Below are positions 48,696 through 57,261 of a stretch of 64,000 nucleotides of DNA, one piece after another; the first letter of the stretch is position 1, and the number at the start of each line of letters is the position of its first letter. The notes under the pieces were generated by a model. The model was not told where the DNA came from. It did not search any database and saw nothing but the letters and a program-made list of their open reading frames with translations. Position numbers and translations under genes: made by a program. The stretch lies in the NCBI GenBank assembly GCA_013203665.1, contig JABMPU010000108.1:11092-75091 (forward strand), in the 5' to 3' direction. The DNA comes from Armatimonadota bacterium (GTDB lineage: Bacteria; Cloacimonadota; Cloacimonadia; Cloacimonadales; TCS61).

Positions 48696-49970
48696 TCAAG
48701 CCACAGTTTTTTTTAATAACCATTTCCAAACCGGTATTACATTAATATCAAATCCCGATTCTATCAGCATTTCTTCTTCGTTATATGTTAAGATTGTTCC
48801 ATGACTGAAATCAAGTTCCTTCATTGTGCTGATAAGAGCTCTTACTTCCCTTTCCCTTGTTTCAACATCCTTTAGCGAATATGAAATCTGAAATACTTTT
48901 TTTTCTTTTGGAACAACGAAATCTGTTTCAAAACCTTTTGTAGTCTTATGATAATATAACTCTTTATGCTCCCGTCTAAGCTCAATAAAAACCAGGTTTT
49001 CAAGCAACTTCCCCAAATCTGGTTCTACGGAATTCAGGGTTATGAATGAATTATCCATGAAATATACTTTTCGTTCTCTTTCCCGTTGCACAAAAGATTT
49101 CCTGTATTGAAAAATAGCTTGAACCAGATAGGGTTTTTCAAGAATATTTACATACTGAATTGTTGTAGGTTTACTTATATTATACAAAGGTTTCAGTTTG
49201 TTGTGAAGTTTATTCAAGGAAAAAGTCTTTCCTACATTTTCAACTAACTTGGAGATAACAAGTTTTACACCATATTCAGAACACTTAAATCTTGCGATAA
49301 GATCCTTGTAGAACAGAAGATCAAATATACTGCGGATCGACAACATTTTATCATCGCTTCGGATAACTTCCGGTAAACCGCCATAAAGTAAATAATCATC
49401 AAATAAATTGAGTATTTGTGGAACTTTAGTGAAAAAATCATTATTCTGAAAACTTAACCTTTTCAACTGAAGATACTCAAAAAAACTGAATGGAAGTATC
49501 TCAAACTCGACTCCCCGACCACTGATATAGGTAGAAATATCACGAGTGATCAAATCAGAATTACTTCCGGTAATATATATCTTAAACCCTTGTGAATATA
49601 ATCTTTTTACATACAGATACCAGTTTTTCAGACCTTGTATCTCATCAAAAAACAAAACCGGTTTTCTTTTTTCAAATAGACGTTTATAGCTGTCTATGAT
49701 GCAATCGTAAGATGAAAGAGAATTCAACATAACAAGTCTTTCATCCTCGAAATCCAGGAACAGAACATCTTCCTTCGGGTATTTGTCTGTTTCAATGAAT
49801 AGAAGTGATGTTTTTCCTGATCTTCTTAAACCTGTAATAATGGATATCTGTTCTATCTCCGGTAATTCCAGGTATCTTGGGATAAGTTTCTTATGTTCTA
49901 TTCTTTCCTGATTTTCCAGAATTATTCTTTTTAATACTTCTTCCATAACCGCCTCTTTGTCAAATGGCAT
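48696..49970 (-). CDS. AAA-type ATPase with DUF4143-like C-terminal domain
   Basis: 424 aa. Walker A GLRRSGKTSLL and the typical architecture of stand-alone DUF4143 ATPases. Confidence 0.75.
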   Translation of the reverse strand: MPFDKEAVMEEVLKRIILENQERIEHKKLIPRYLELPEIEQISIITGLRRSGKTSLLFIETDKYPKEDVLFLDFEDERLVMLNSLSSYDCIIDSYKRLFEKRKPVLFFDEIQGLKNWYLYVKRLYSQGFKIYITGSNSDLITRDISTYISGRGVEFEILPFSFFEYLQLKRLSFQNNDFFTKVPQILNLFDDYLLYGGLPEVIRSDDKMLSIRSIFDLLFYKDLIARFKCSEYGVKLVISKLVENVGKTFSLNKLHNKLKPLYNISKPTTIQYVNILEKPYLVQAIFQYRKSFVQRERERKVYFMDNSFITLNSVEPDLGKLLENLVFIELRREHKELYYHKTTKGFETDFVVPKEKKVFQISYSLKDVETREREVRALISTMKELDFSHGTILTYNEEEMLIESGFDINVIPVWKWLLKKTVA

Positions 49971-50047
49971 TTTTCAAACTATCGTGAGTTTGTCAAATAC
50001 TATTTAACGGAGTTCTGCTGTTGGATTCTTCCTCCTCACCCCTGCCC

Positions 50048-50078
50048 TCTCCTGCGAGGAGAGGGAGAAATCTCGTTC
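50048..50078 (+). repeat. 31-bp perfect direct repeat, copy 2
   Basis: Identical to 48435-48465, 1613 bp away; the pair brackets the ATPase gene. Confidence 0.9.
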
Positions 50079-50230
50079 CCAAGTTTTTCTTGGGAATGAT
50101 ATTGTATAAAAAGTTATACTTTGTTATGATGCTATGGTTTGCTATTATATGGTTCAAAATGTAATTTTTTAGGCAATTGTGTTCCCAAATGCAATTCAAG
50201 GATAAGGGATAAAGGATAAGGGATAAGGTT

Positions 50231-50584
50231 TTATAATGATTTTATTTTTTGCGAAGCTGAAATTGAGCCAAGAATTTTTTTAAGTTCATCAGATTCTGTT
50301 ATTAATTTATCTAATTCAATTTGGTCGCCAAGCCTTAATGCTTTTAATATTTTCAGCCAGTAAGCTGTCTCTCGTGCTTCTTTCAATGATATTTTAATCT
50401 TATTATAAAAGTCAGCTTTAGATGAAGCTGCCTGTGATTCTTCGTAGTTAGCTCCCATTGAAGAACTACATTTAGTTAGCTGATATCTGATTACATTATT
50501 TTCTACAGATTGGGGAATTGTCTTTAAGAATTTGATGACTGCTACTGCAAATTCCAGAAACCGTTTACTCAAATCTTGTTTCAC
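50231..50584 (-). CDS. four-helix-bundle protein (23S rRNA IVS / Avd family), second copy
   Basis: ...YQLTKCSSSMGANYEESQAASSKADFYNKIKISLKEARETAYWLKIL. GTG start. Flanked by GGATAAG and AAGTATAA short repeats. Confidence 0.8.
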   Translation of the reverse strand: MKQDLSKRFLEFAVAVIKFLKTIPQSVENNVIRYQLTKCSSSMGANYEESQAASSKADFYNKIKISLKEARETAYWLKILKALRLGDQIELDKLITESDELKKILGSISASQKIKSL

Positions 50585-50730
50585 TACTCCTTCCTTTTTA
50601 CTTTATACTTTTTACCTTATACTTTAACCCTGCAAATAAAGCAAAACTTAGATTTCAAGCCACGGACCTGTTAAATATCCAGCAGCTGCCAGATTTCACA
50701 GGTTAAAAGTGTCAGGCTACTGTTTAGTTT

Positions 50731-51600
50731 TTATTTATTTGTTCTTATAAGCAGATATGCTCCAACAAACGCAGGTAACACTGAATTCATAAAAAATATT
50801 ATGAGAGTAGTTGTTACTGCAGTTTCAGGGTTTATATTGAATCGTGAAAAAACTTCGATTGCAAAAATTTCTCGCATACCAAATCCACTGAATGAAACAG
50901 GTAAAATATGGGAAATATGAACTAATGGAACTGAAATCATAACTTCAAAAAAACTTATTTTCACAAAATCTTTTAAAATAATATAATACTGAAAAAAAGA
51001 GATAAATGTAAAAATAATTTGCATAATAATAATTCTCGGAACTATTTTCAAATAATTATTAAAGAATTTCTTAAGATTCTCTTTATTAATTATAAAAGAA
51101 AAAAAATAAAGCAAAAATGGCGAAAGAAAAATAAGAATCAAAAGAGCAATTTTGAAAAATAAACTAAACGTTGAAAAATAAAATATTGCTGCAAAAGATG
51201 CAAAAAAAAGATTTTTCCAGGTTACAAAAATCCTTTCAACTCCTACTGAAGCTGCAGTTGCACTTTTTCTATTATTTACAAAATATACTTTTCCGAAAAA
51301 ACCAAGACCAGCAGGCAAAACGAAATGAAGTGCCATCCCGATAAAATATGATTTTAACACTTCATTCTTTTGAGGATGGTAGTCCGGGTTTATATGAAGA
51401 TACTTTCCCCAGTTGTTAAATTGAATAAACAGTTTTATCAGGGTTGTAAAAAATATTATCAAAATAGTGATAAAACTAATGTGCTGAAAATCTTTAATAA
51501 GTTGCAGAAAATCGACTTTTTTGGATATCAAGAATATTATTACTATTGTAACTAAAATTTTAATAACAAAGATAACTTTTTTTTGATTTTTTTTTTGCAT
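50731..51600 (-). CDS. UPF0104 flippase-like membrane protein (second paralogue in the window)
   Basis: 289 aa polytopic protein with the same overall pattern as 24702-25685. Confidence 0.5.
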   Translation of the reverse strand: MQKKNQKKVIFVIKILVTIVIIFLISKKVDFLQLIKDFQHISFITILIIFFTTLIKLFIQFNNWGKYLHINPDYHPQKNEVLKSYFIGMALHFVLPAGLGFFGKVYFVNNRKSATAASVGVERIFVTWKNLFFASFAAIFYFSTFSLFFKIALLILIFLSPFLLYFFSFIINKENLKKFFNNYLKIVPRIIIMQIIFTFISFFQYYIILKDFVKISFFEVMISVPLVHISHILPVSFSGFGMREIFAIEVFSRFNINPETAVTTTLIIFFMNSVLPAFVGAYLLIRTNK

Positions 51601-51693
51601 TTTTTTTCAGATTAGTCCAATAAATTTAAAAAAAGCAGGATGATTCTGCTCTGTTTTGTTTTTAATTCTAAATCACTGAGAATATGAAGTGCA

Positions 51694-52230
51694 TTAAATA
51701 ATTTGTATAATCTCCATCAAAGAGTCTACAATAAAATTTGCTTCAGATTTTTTTTTATTTAAGAATTTATTAACAAGTACTGTTTTTAATCCAATCCTTT
51801 TCCCTGCAATAATATCACTTTCCGAATCGCCTATCATGAAAGAATTATTGAAATCAATTTCATAATTTAATTCTTGAATTGCCTTTTCGATCAAACCTGT
51901 TTTTGGCTTTCTACAATTACAATTGTCTGAAACCAAATGAGGACAAAAGTATATTTTCTCAATTAATATATCATTTTCGTTTAAGACTGAAACCATTTTT
52001 TCATGAATATTATCTAAATCTTTATATGTCAGAATTCCCTTACCAATTCCCTGTTGGTTAGAAATTATTATTATTTTGAAATTCAATTTAGATAGGTGAA
52101 TTAAGACTTCGAAAATATCCAGCAGAAATACAAATTCATTCCATTTTGTTATATATTGATGCTCAGGTGCTTTCTTATTGATTATACCATCACGATCTAA
52201 GAAGATTACTTTTTTTAATTGCTTCTGCAT
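51694..52230 (-). CDS. gmhB: D,D-heptose 1,7-bisphosphate phosphatase (HAD-IIIA)
   Basis: VIFLDRDGIIN...ISNQ...CxHxxxxxCxCRKP Zn motif...GDSESD. Confidence 0.8.
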   Translation of the reverse strand: MQKQLKKVIFLDRDGIINKKAPEHQYITKWNEFVFLLDIFEVLIHLSKLNFKIIIISNQQGIGKGILTYKDLDNIHEKMVSVLNENDILIEKIYFCPHLVSDNCNCRKPKTGLIEKAIQELNYEIDFNNSFMIGDSESDIIAGKRIGLKTVLVNKFLNKKKSEANFIVDSLMEIIQII

Positions 52231-52238
52231 AAATCCCT

Positions 52239-52964
52239 TTAAGTTGGATATTCAAACAAACTTGTATGTTCTCTAACAAAACTATTTGCTTCATTAAGAT
52301 TATCTAATGTGCCAATATCTAAAATATAGTCGTTAATCACAAAACCTTTCATTTGATAAACCAATTGCGGTAATAAATCAAATCCAAAATCAAGAATTGA
52401 ATTTTCATCTTTAAAAGAAAAAGAATGAAGTAATTGGGGTTCAATTACAAAAATACCTGCACTTGCTAAGTTTGATGTGGGTTCTTTTGGTTTTTCAATA
52501 AAATCTGTAATCAACATTTCTTTGTTTACAACTGCGATACCACATTGTTCAGGCTTGTTCGTATGAAATAATCCCATGGTAATAGGCTGATCATGCGATG
52601 AGTGATATTTTATGATTTCACTTAAATCTATGTTTGTAAGATTATCTGCGTAACAGACAAGAAAACAACTTTCATTTTCATAAAACCATTGGTTTTGCAA
52701 TACTATTCCTAAACTACCTGAAAGTTCCTTTTCAAATACATGTTTTATTTCAATATTTCCTTTGTATCCTGAAATATATTCTTTTACTTTACCAGGAAAA
52801 TGATGAAGGTTTATCAAAACATTATATATTCCGTGAAATTCAAATAAGTCAATCCAATACTGTAAGAGAGGTTTATTATTAATAGGTACTAAACATTTTG
52901 GAATTTTATTCGTTATTGGACTTAATCTAGTTCCTAATCCGGCTGCTAATAAAATTGCTTTCAC
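52239..52964 (-). CDS. hddC: sugar-1-phosphate nucleotidylyltransferase (heptose-1-P guanylyltransferase-like)
   Basis: MKAILLAAGLGTRLSPIT..PK; context with hddA/gmhA/gmhB. Confidence 0.65.
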   Translation of the reverse strand: MKAILLAAGLGTRLSPITNKIPKCLVPINNKPLLQYWIDLFEFHGIYNVLINLHHFPGKVKEYISGYKGNIEIKHVFEKELSGSLGIVLQNQWFYENESCFLVCYADNLTNIDLSEIIKYHSSHDQPITMGLFHTNKPEQCGIAVVNKEMLITDFIEKPKEPTSNLASAGIFVIEPQLLHSFSFKDENSILDFGFDLLPQLVYQMKGFVINDYILDIGTLDNLNEANSFVREHTSLFEYPT

Positions 52965-52969
52965 AACAA

Positions 52970-53821
52970 TCAGTTTTTTGATTGAAAGTATTTATCGTCA
53001 ATTCTTCGCAGAGTACAAAAATCTTTATCGGTTCTCAGTTTTTGTTGAAAAGTTAGATCATCCCAATCATCCCAAGGTGCACTGATAAACTTACCTGTAA
53101 TTCCATTGGATCTTTCAGATAAAAGAAACTCTACTAAATTTAAAGTATGTTCTACCGGAATCCCTTCACAATTAAGCATATCCAATGTCTTCTGGTAAAA
53201 ATTGCCTGCTCCGCTTTTTCCAGCTTTCAGGGTCTGATTTGCAAGATTTGTTTTAATAAAACCTGGCGCAATAACATTAACATCAATATTTTCATTCTTA
53301 TATTCTTCTGCAATATTTTCGGTTAGTTTAACAACTGCAATTTTACTGCATGCATATCCGGTGTAATTTGGAAATAAACTTGCTGCTCCACCTCCGGAAA
53401 AATTGATAATCTTACTGTGTGTAGATTTTTTAAGAAGAGATAATCCGAAATTACACATATTATATGTGCCTAATAAGTTTGTTTTTATAGCCTTAAAAAA
53501 AACTTCTGGTGGAACTGTATCCAGTCGTCCAATTCCACCAAAAATTCCTGCACAATTTATCAATCCATAAATTGCAGTATTTTTTTTTTGAAGCTTAATA
53601 AATAAATTTTTAACTTCCTGAGCTTCTCCAACATCGACAGAAAAATATTTATGTCTTCTATTGTCCAGTTTAGAAACGGATACCTTTAGCTTACTTTCGT
53701 TTCTGGAAAGCAAAATTAATTGAGCATTTAAAGAAGATAAATGTTTTGCAACTGAAAAACCAATGCCTTCACTTGCTCCAGTTATTATTATTACTTTATT
53801 GCTGAAAAAAGAATCATTCAT
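52970..53821 (-). CDS. short-chain dehydrogenase/reductase
   Basis: ITGASEGIG cofactor motif and YxxxK (YACSKIA). Confidence 0.75.
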   Translation of the reverse strand: MNDSFFSNKVIIITGASEGIGFSVAKHLSSLNAQLILLSRNESKLKVSVSKLDNRRHKYFSVDVGEAQEVKNLFIKLQKKNTAIYGLINCAGIFGGIGRLDTVPPEVFFKAIKTNLLGTYNMCNFGLSLLKKSTHSKIINFSGGGAASLFPNYTGYACSKIAVVKLTENIAEEYKNENIDVNVIAPGFIKTNLANQTLKAGKSGAGNFYQKTLDMLNCEGIPVEHTLNLVEFLLSERSNGITGKFISAPWDDWDDLTFQQKLRTDKDFCTLRRIDDKYFQSKN

Positions 53822-54380
53822 TACGTTCTGAAAGATACTCTTTGATATAATCCTTAATCATATGGTTGATAATCAAGTGAACATCTTCGATTCTTTCCAT
53901 CGATGTTGTATTAACAATTAGTGAAATATCTGCAAGTTTAGCTAACTTTCCTCCCTTGCGACTTTTATAATTCCCGGTAATTCCGATAGTAAAGTTTCCC
54001 TTCTCTATTGAATATTGAATAGCTTTTAAGACATTTTCTGAATTTCCACTTCCACTATAACCGATTACAATATCACCTGGTTCGAGAAAAGTTTCAAGTT
54101 GACCCTTGAAAATATTATCATAAGCTGTATCATTCCCAAATGCAGTAACTGCTGAAGCATTATCGGTTAAACAAATCGTCTTTATTTTTAACTCTTTTGT
54201 CCAATCTCCTGCTGAGTGTGAAGGGGTTGCAGAGGAACCACCGTTGCCAATTAGAAATACTGAATTGTGATTAACTTTAGCTTCAATTAACTTATTAGAT
54301 ATTTCTTTAATCTTTTGGTGATCCAAGTTATCTAATGCAGTTTTTAAATCGTTAATGTAATTTTTCAGGAGATTTTTCAT
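53814..54380 (-). CDS. gmhA: SIS-domain phosphoheptose isomerase
   Basis: 188 aa. IGNGGSSATPSH and GYSGSGNSENV motifs. Confidence 0.8.
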   Translation of the reverse strand: MKNLLKNYINDLKTALDNLDHQKIKEISNKLIEAKVNHNSVFLIGNGGSSATPSHSAGDWTKELKIKTICLTDNASAVTAFGNDTAYDNIFKGQLETFLEPGDIVIGYSGSGNSENVLKAIQYSIEKGNFTIGITGNYKSRKGGKLAKLADISLIVNTTSMERIEDVHLIINHMIKDYIKEYLSERNE

Positions 54381-54417
54381 ATAAACTCACTTTTATTAAT
54401 TTTCAAATATTTTCTAA

Positions 54418-54456
54418 CTCACCCTCGGTCCCTCTCTTTATCACAAGAGAGGGATG
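54418..54456 (-). repeat. hairpin element (minus-strand copy): CCCTCTCTT-N8-AAGAGAGGG followed by ACCGAGGGTGAG
   Basis: The reverse complement of 54418-54456 has the same architecture as 18687-18723. Lies in the hddA-gmhA spacer, in the sense orientation. Confidence 0.7.
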
Positions 54457-54480
54457 ACTACAAGATATTTTTTTCTTTTA

Positions 54481-55458
54481 TCACCTATGATCAAAGATGA
54501 TCCTGCTTCCATATTTATCTAACATAAAAGGCAATTCACGATAATCTTTAAGAGCTTCTCTTACATTATCCTGTTTGTTCCTGGGCACATAAAACATCAT
54601 AAATCCGCCACCACCAGCCCCTGATATTTTACAACCGATTGCACCTGCTTTCAAAGCTGTTTGACACATATTATCAATCTGACCATTAGTAATTTTGGAT
54701 GCTAACGACTTTTTAAAATTCCAATTCTGATGTAATAATTCACCTAATTTATCATAGTTTTTGTTTAGCAAATTTTGCTTAAATGGTTCCACTAAACACA
54801 CCATTTTCTTTAGAACATCTAATTTCTCTTTAGTATTCTTTTTTTGTTCAGAAAGAATTTCTGAGGATTTCCTAGTTTTATCAGTATAAAATAAAAGTAT
54901 ATTTGATCCAAATTTTCTATATTGTTCATCACAAAGCTCTATCTTCTCAACATCAACAGTATTATCTTTATTAAAGGTGATTTGATTGACACCACCAAAT
55001 GCTGCAATATATTGATCCTGCTTTCCAATTGGTTTTCTTAGTATATCAATTTCTATTTCACAAGCTTCTCTTGCTAAACATTCTTTAGTTACGATTTCAC
55101 CTTGATAAGCATAAAATGCATGTAATAAGCCTACTGTAACAGTGCTGGATGAGCCAAGACCTGAACCTTCTGATGGAATGTCTGCAAGAGTAGTTATTTC
55201 AATACTGTCTTTTATTCCAGTTTTTCTCATTGATTCTCTAACCAGATCATGCTCAATTTCATCAACTGCATTTATTATTTCTTTTTTGGAGTAATTGATA
55301 TAAATTTTATCATCAAATCTTTCTTTGATTATGACATAAATATATTTGTCAATTGCTGAACTTATTACTTTGCCTTCTGAATGTTGATAATGATCTTCGA
55401 GATCAGAACCACCACCAATAAAACTAATTCTTAAAGGAGTTTTACTAATTATCATCAA
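54481..55458 (-). CDS. hddA: GHMP kinase, D-glycero-D-manno-heptose 7-phosphate kinase-like
   Basis: SKTPLRISFIGGGSDL N-terminus and PSEGSGLGSSST GHMP motif. Confidence 0.75.
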   Translation of the reverse strand: MMIISKTPLRISFIGGGSDLEDHYQHSEGKVISSAIDKYIYVIIKERFDDKIYINYSKKEIINAVDEIEHDLVRESMRKTGIKDSIEITTLADIPSEGSGLGSSSTVTVGLLHAFYAYQGEIVTKECLAREACEIEIDILRKPIGKQDQYIAAFGGVNQITFNKDNTVDVEKIELCDEQYRKFGSNILLFYTDKTRKSSEILSEQKKNTKEKLDVLKKMVCLVEPFKQNLLNKNYDKLGELLHQNWNFKKSLASKITNGQIDNMCQTALKAGAIGCKISGAGGGGFMMFYVPRNKQDNVREALKDYRELPFMLDKYGSRIIFDHR

Positions 55459-56563
55459 TCCTCCTTACCGCTCCTAATGTTTTCATTTGTTTCTGAGCAT
55501 AATCCAAAATATCAGCGATATCTGTTTGTTGCTCCAAATATTCTTTATATTCTCTAACACTATCATAAATACTTCTCTTTGGTTTCCATCCAAGCGATTC
55601 CAACTTTGAAATATCAGAAACAATATGTCTTGTATCACCAAATCTATATTCGCCAGGAATCTTAGCTGTTATTGATTTACTAAACACTTCAGCAACAATC
55701 TTTAAGAATTCAAAAACTGTATATGGCTTTCCTCCACCTACATTGAAAACTTCATAGTTAGCTTCATCAGATTCCATAACCAAGATATTTGCATCTACTA
55801 CATCACGAATATTCACATAATCCCTAATAGAATTTCCATCTTCATATACAATTGGTTGTTTATCAAAAAACATTGAAAGAGAAAATATTCTACAAACTCC
55901 TGAGTATGCATTATAAAAACTTTGTCGAGAACCTTGTACAATAGAATATCGTAATGCCACAGAAGGAATACCAATCCTTTTACCTAAATTTATTGCAATC
56001 ATTTCTTGTGTATGTTTTGACATACCATAGGGATTTTGGGGATTTATTACTTTTTCATCAGAGAGATCCATTATGAGTTTTTTTTTACAAGTTGGACAGT
56101 AATGATCCCAAATTTTTTTATTAAGTTTTAATTCGGATCGGAGATTCGGGAAAAAAGTACCGTGCTCTCTACAATGATACCTTCCTTCCCCCATGACTGC
56201 TTGTGAAGAGGCAACAATAATTTTTCTAACAGGTAATTTTTTTTCCTCAATAATTTCATACATAAGAGAAGTGCTATAAGTATTAACATGACTGAATGTA
56301 GAATAATCAGGTAAATAATCCTGGTATGCTGCAAAATGAAATACAATATCAACATCCTCCAATGCATATGTCATAACCGTTTTATCTCGAACATCTCCAT
56401 AGATAAATTCAATTTTTGATTTATCAATATAGTCAGGGAAGCCTTTCAAATGTACAGGTTTCTTCAAGCAATCGATAATTTTTACTTGATGCCCCATCTC
56501 TAACAGCTTATCTGCTGTATGTGAACCAATGAAACCTGCTCCTCCAGTAAACAACACCCTCAT
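55445..56563 (-). CDS. extended SDR epimerase/dehydratase with a Cys/His insertion
   Basis: MRVLFTGGAGFIGSH, YGMSKH. Insert HCREHG...YCPTCKKK between the core strands. Confidence 0.7.
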   Translation of the reverse strand: MRVLFTGGAGFIGSHTADKLLEMGHQVKIIDCLKKPVHLKGFPDYIDKSKIEFIYGDVRDKTVMTYALEDVDIVFHFAAYQDYLPDYSTFSHVNTYSTSLMYEIIEEKKLPVRKIIVASSQAVMGEGRYHCREHGTFFPNLRSELKLNKKIWDHYCPTCKKKLIMDLSDEKVINPQNPYGMSKHTQEMIAINLGKRIGIPSVALRYSIVQGSRQSFYNAYSGVCRIFSLSMFFDKQPIVYEDGNSIRDYVNIRDVVDANILVMESDEANYEVFNVGGGKPYTVFEFLKIVAEVFSKSITAKIPGEYRFGDTRHIVSDISKLESLGWKPKRSIYDSVREYKEYLEQQTDIADILDYAQKQMKTLGAVRRIDDN

Positions 56564-56718
56564 AATACCCCTCGGCTTTCTTATAAATATTGCCTTTTAA
56601 TTTAAATATTAATGGTTATATGCATAATAAACGTAAGCAGCTCCGATTTTAAAAAAATATCAAATTTATCCTTTGATCTTTTTTAAAAAGCATTTCCAAT
56701 ATAACGAACTATTATAGA

Positions 56719-57261
56719 TTATTCATCCAACAGGTATAGGATTGTTGATAAATCATAGTGAGCTAAATCCCATATAACAATAACTTCTGATTCTGAGGAT
56801 ATCATATCGATGCTTGCCATATTTATTATATATCACCAATTGTTCCACGTTTTAAAATTTCCTTTATTTTATTCACCGCTAGATGATATTCAAAAAGGTG
56901 CCCAAACATCAATACAAGTTGTTTGCTTTCTGCAATACTGATGAGTTCAGGAGCTTAAGTAAAAGAGGGAATAAAAGGTTTTTCTACGAATACATATATC
57001 ACAGCTTGCAGAGCATTCAATCCTAGCTGATAATGAGTTGATACAGGTTTGGCAATTACAACTGCTGAAATTTCCATATCTTCAAGTATTACACTTTAAT
57101 CAATGGTTGTTTATATTTCAAGATAATTCTTTTTTATTTATTCAAGACGCTCCAGCTCAAGATCTGCTACATAATTAACTTAAGAATTTTCAAAATTTGT
57201 AAAAATTCCTTACAAAATTAGGATTCCAATACCCAGCACCTATTATTACGATATTAACCAC
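56719..57261 (-). pseudogene. decayed Gfo/Idh/MocA oxidoreductase gene
   Basis: My minus-strand translation: (GTG)VNIVIIGAGYWNPNFVRNFY, then several stops; AVVIAKPVSTHYQLGLNALQA..VFVEKPF; APELISIAESKQLVLMFGHLFEYHLAVNKIKEILKRGTIGDI, stop; frameshift; VIVIWDLAHYDLSTILYLLDE, stop. The C-terminal third is missing. Confidence 0.75.

Noticed and set aside
46301-50584. Diversity-generating retroelement, suggested by two Avd-family four-helix-bundle genes
   Set aside because: There is no reverse transcriptase ORF anywhere in the window. I could find no template/variable repeat pair with adenine-specific differences. The flanking repeats are short low-complexity arrays.
56564-57253. IS element or transposase remnant in the ORF-free gap of the polysaccharide operon
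   Set aside because: Translation shows Gfo/Idh/MocA oxidoreductase segments, not transposase motifs. I saw no terminal inverted repeats.
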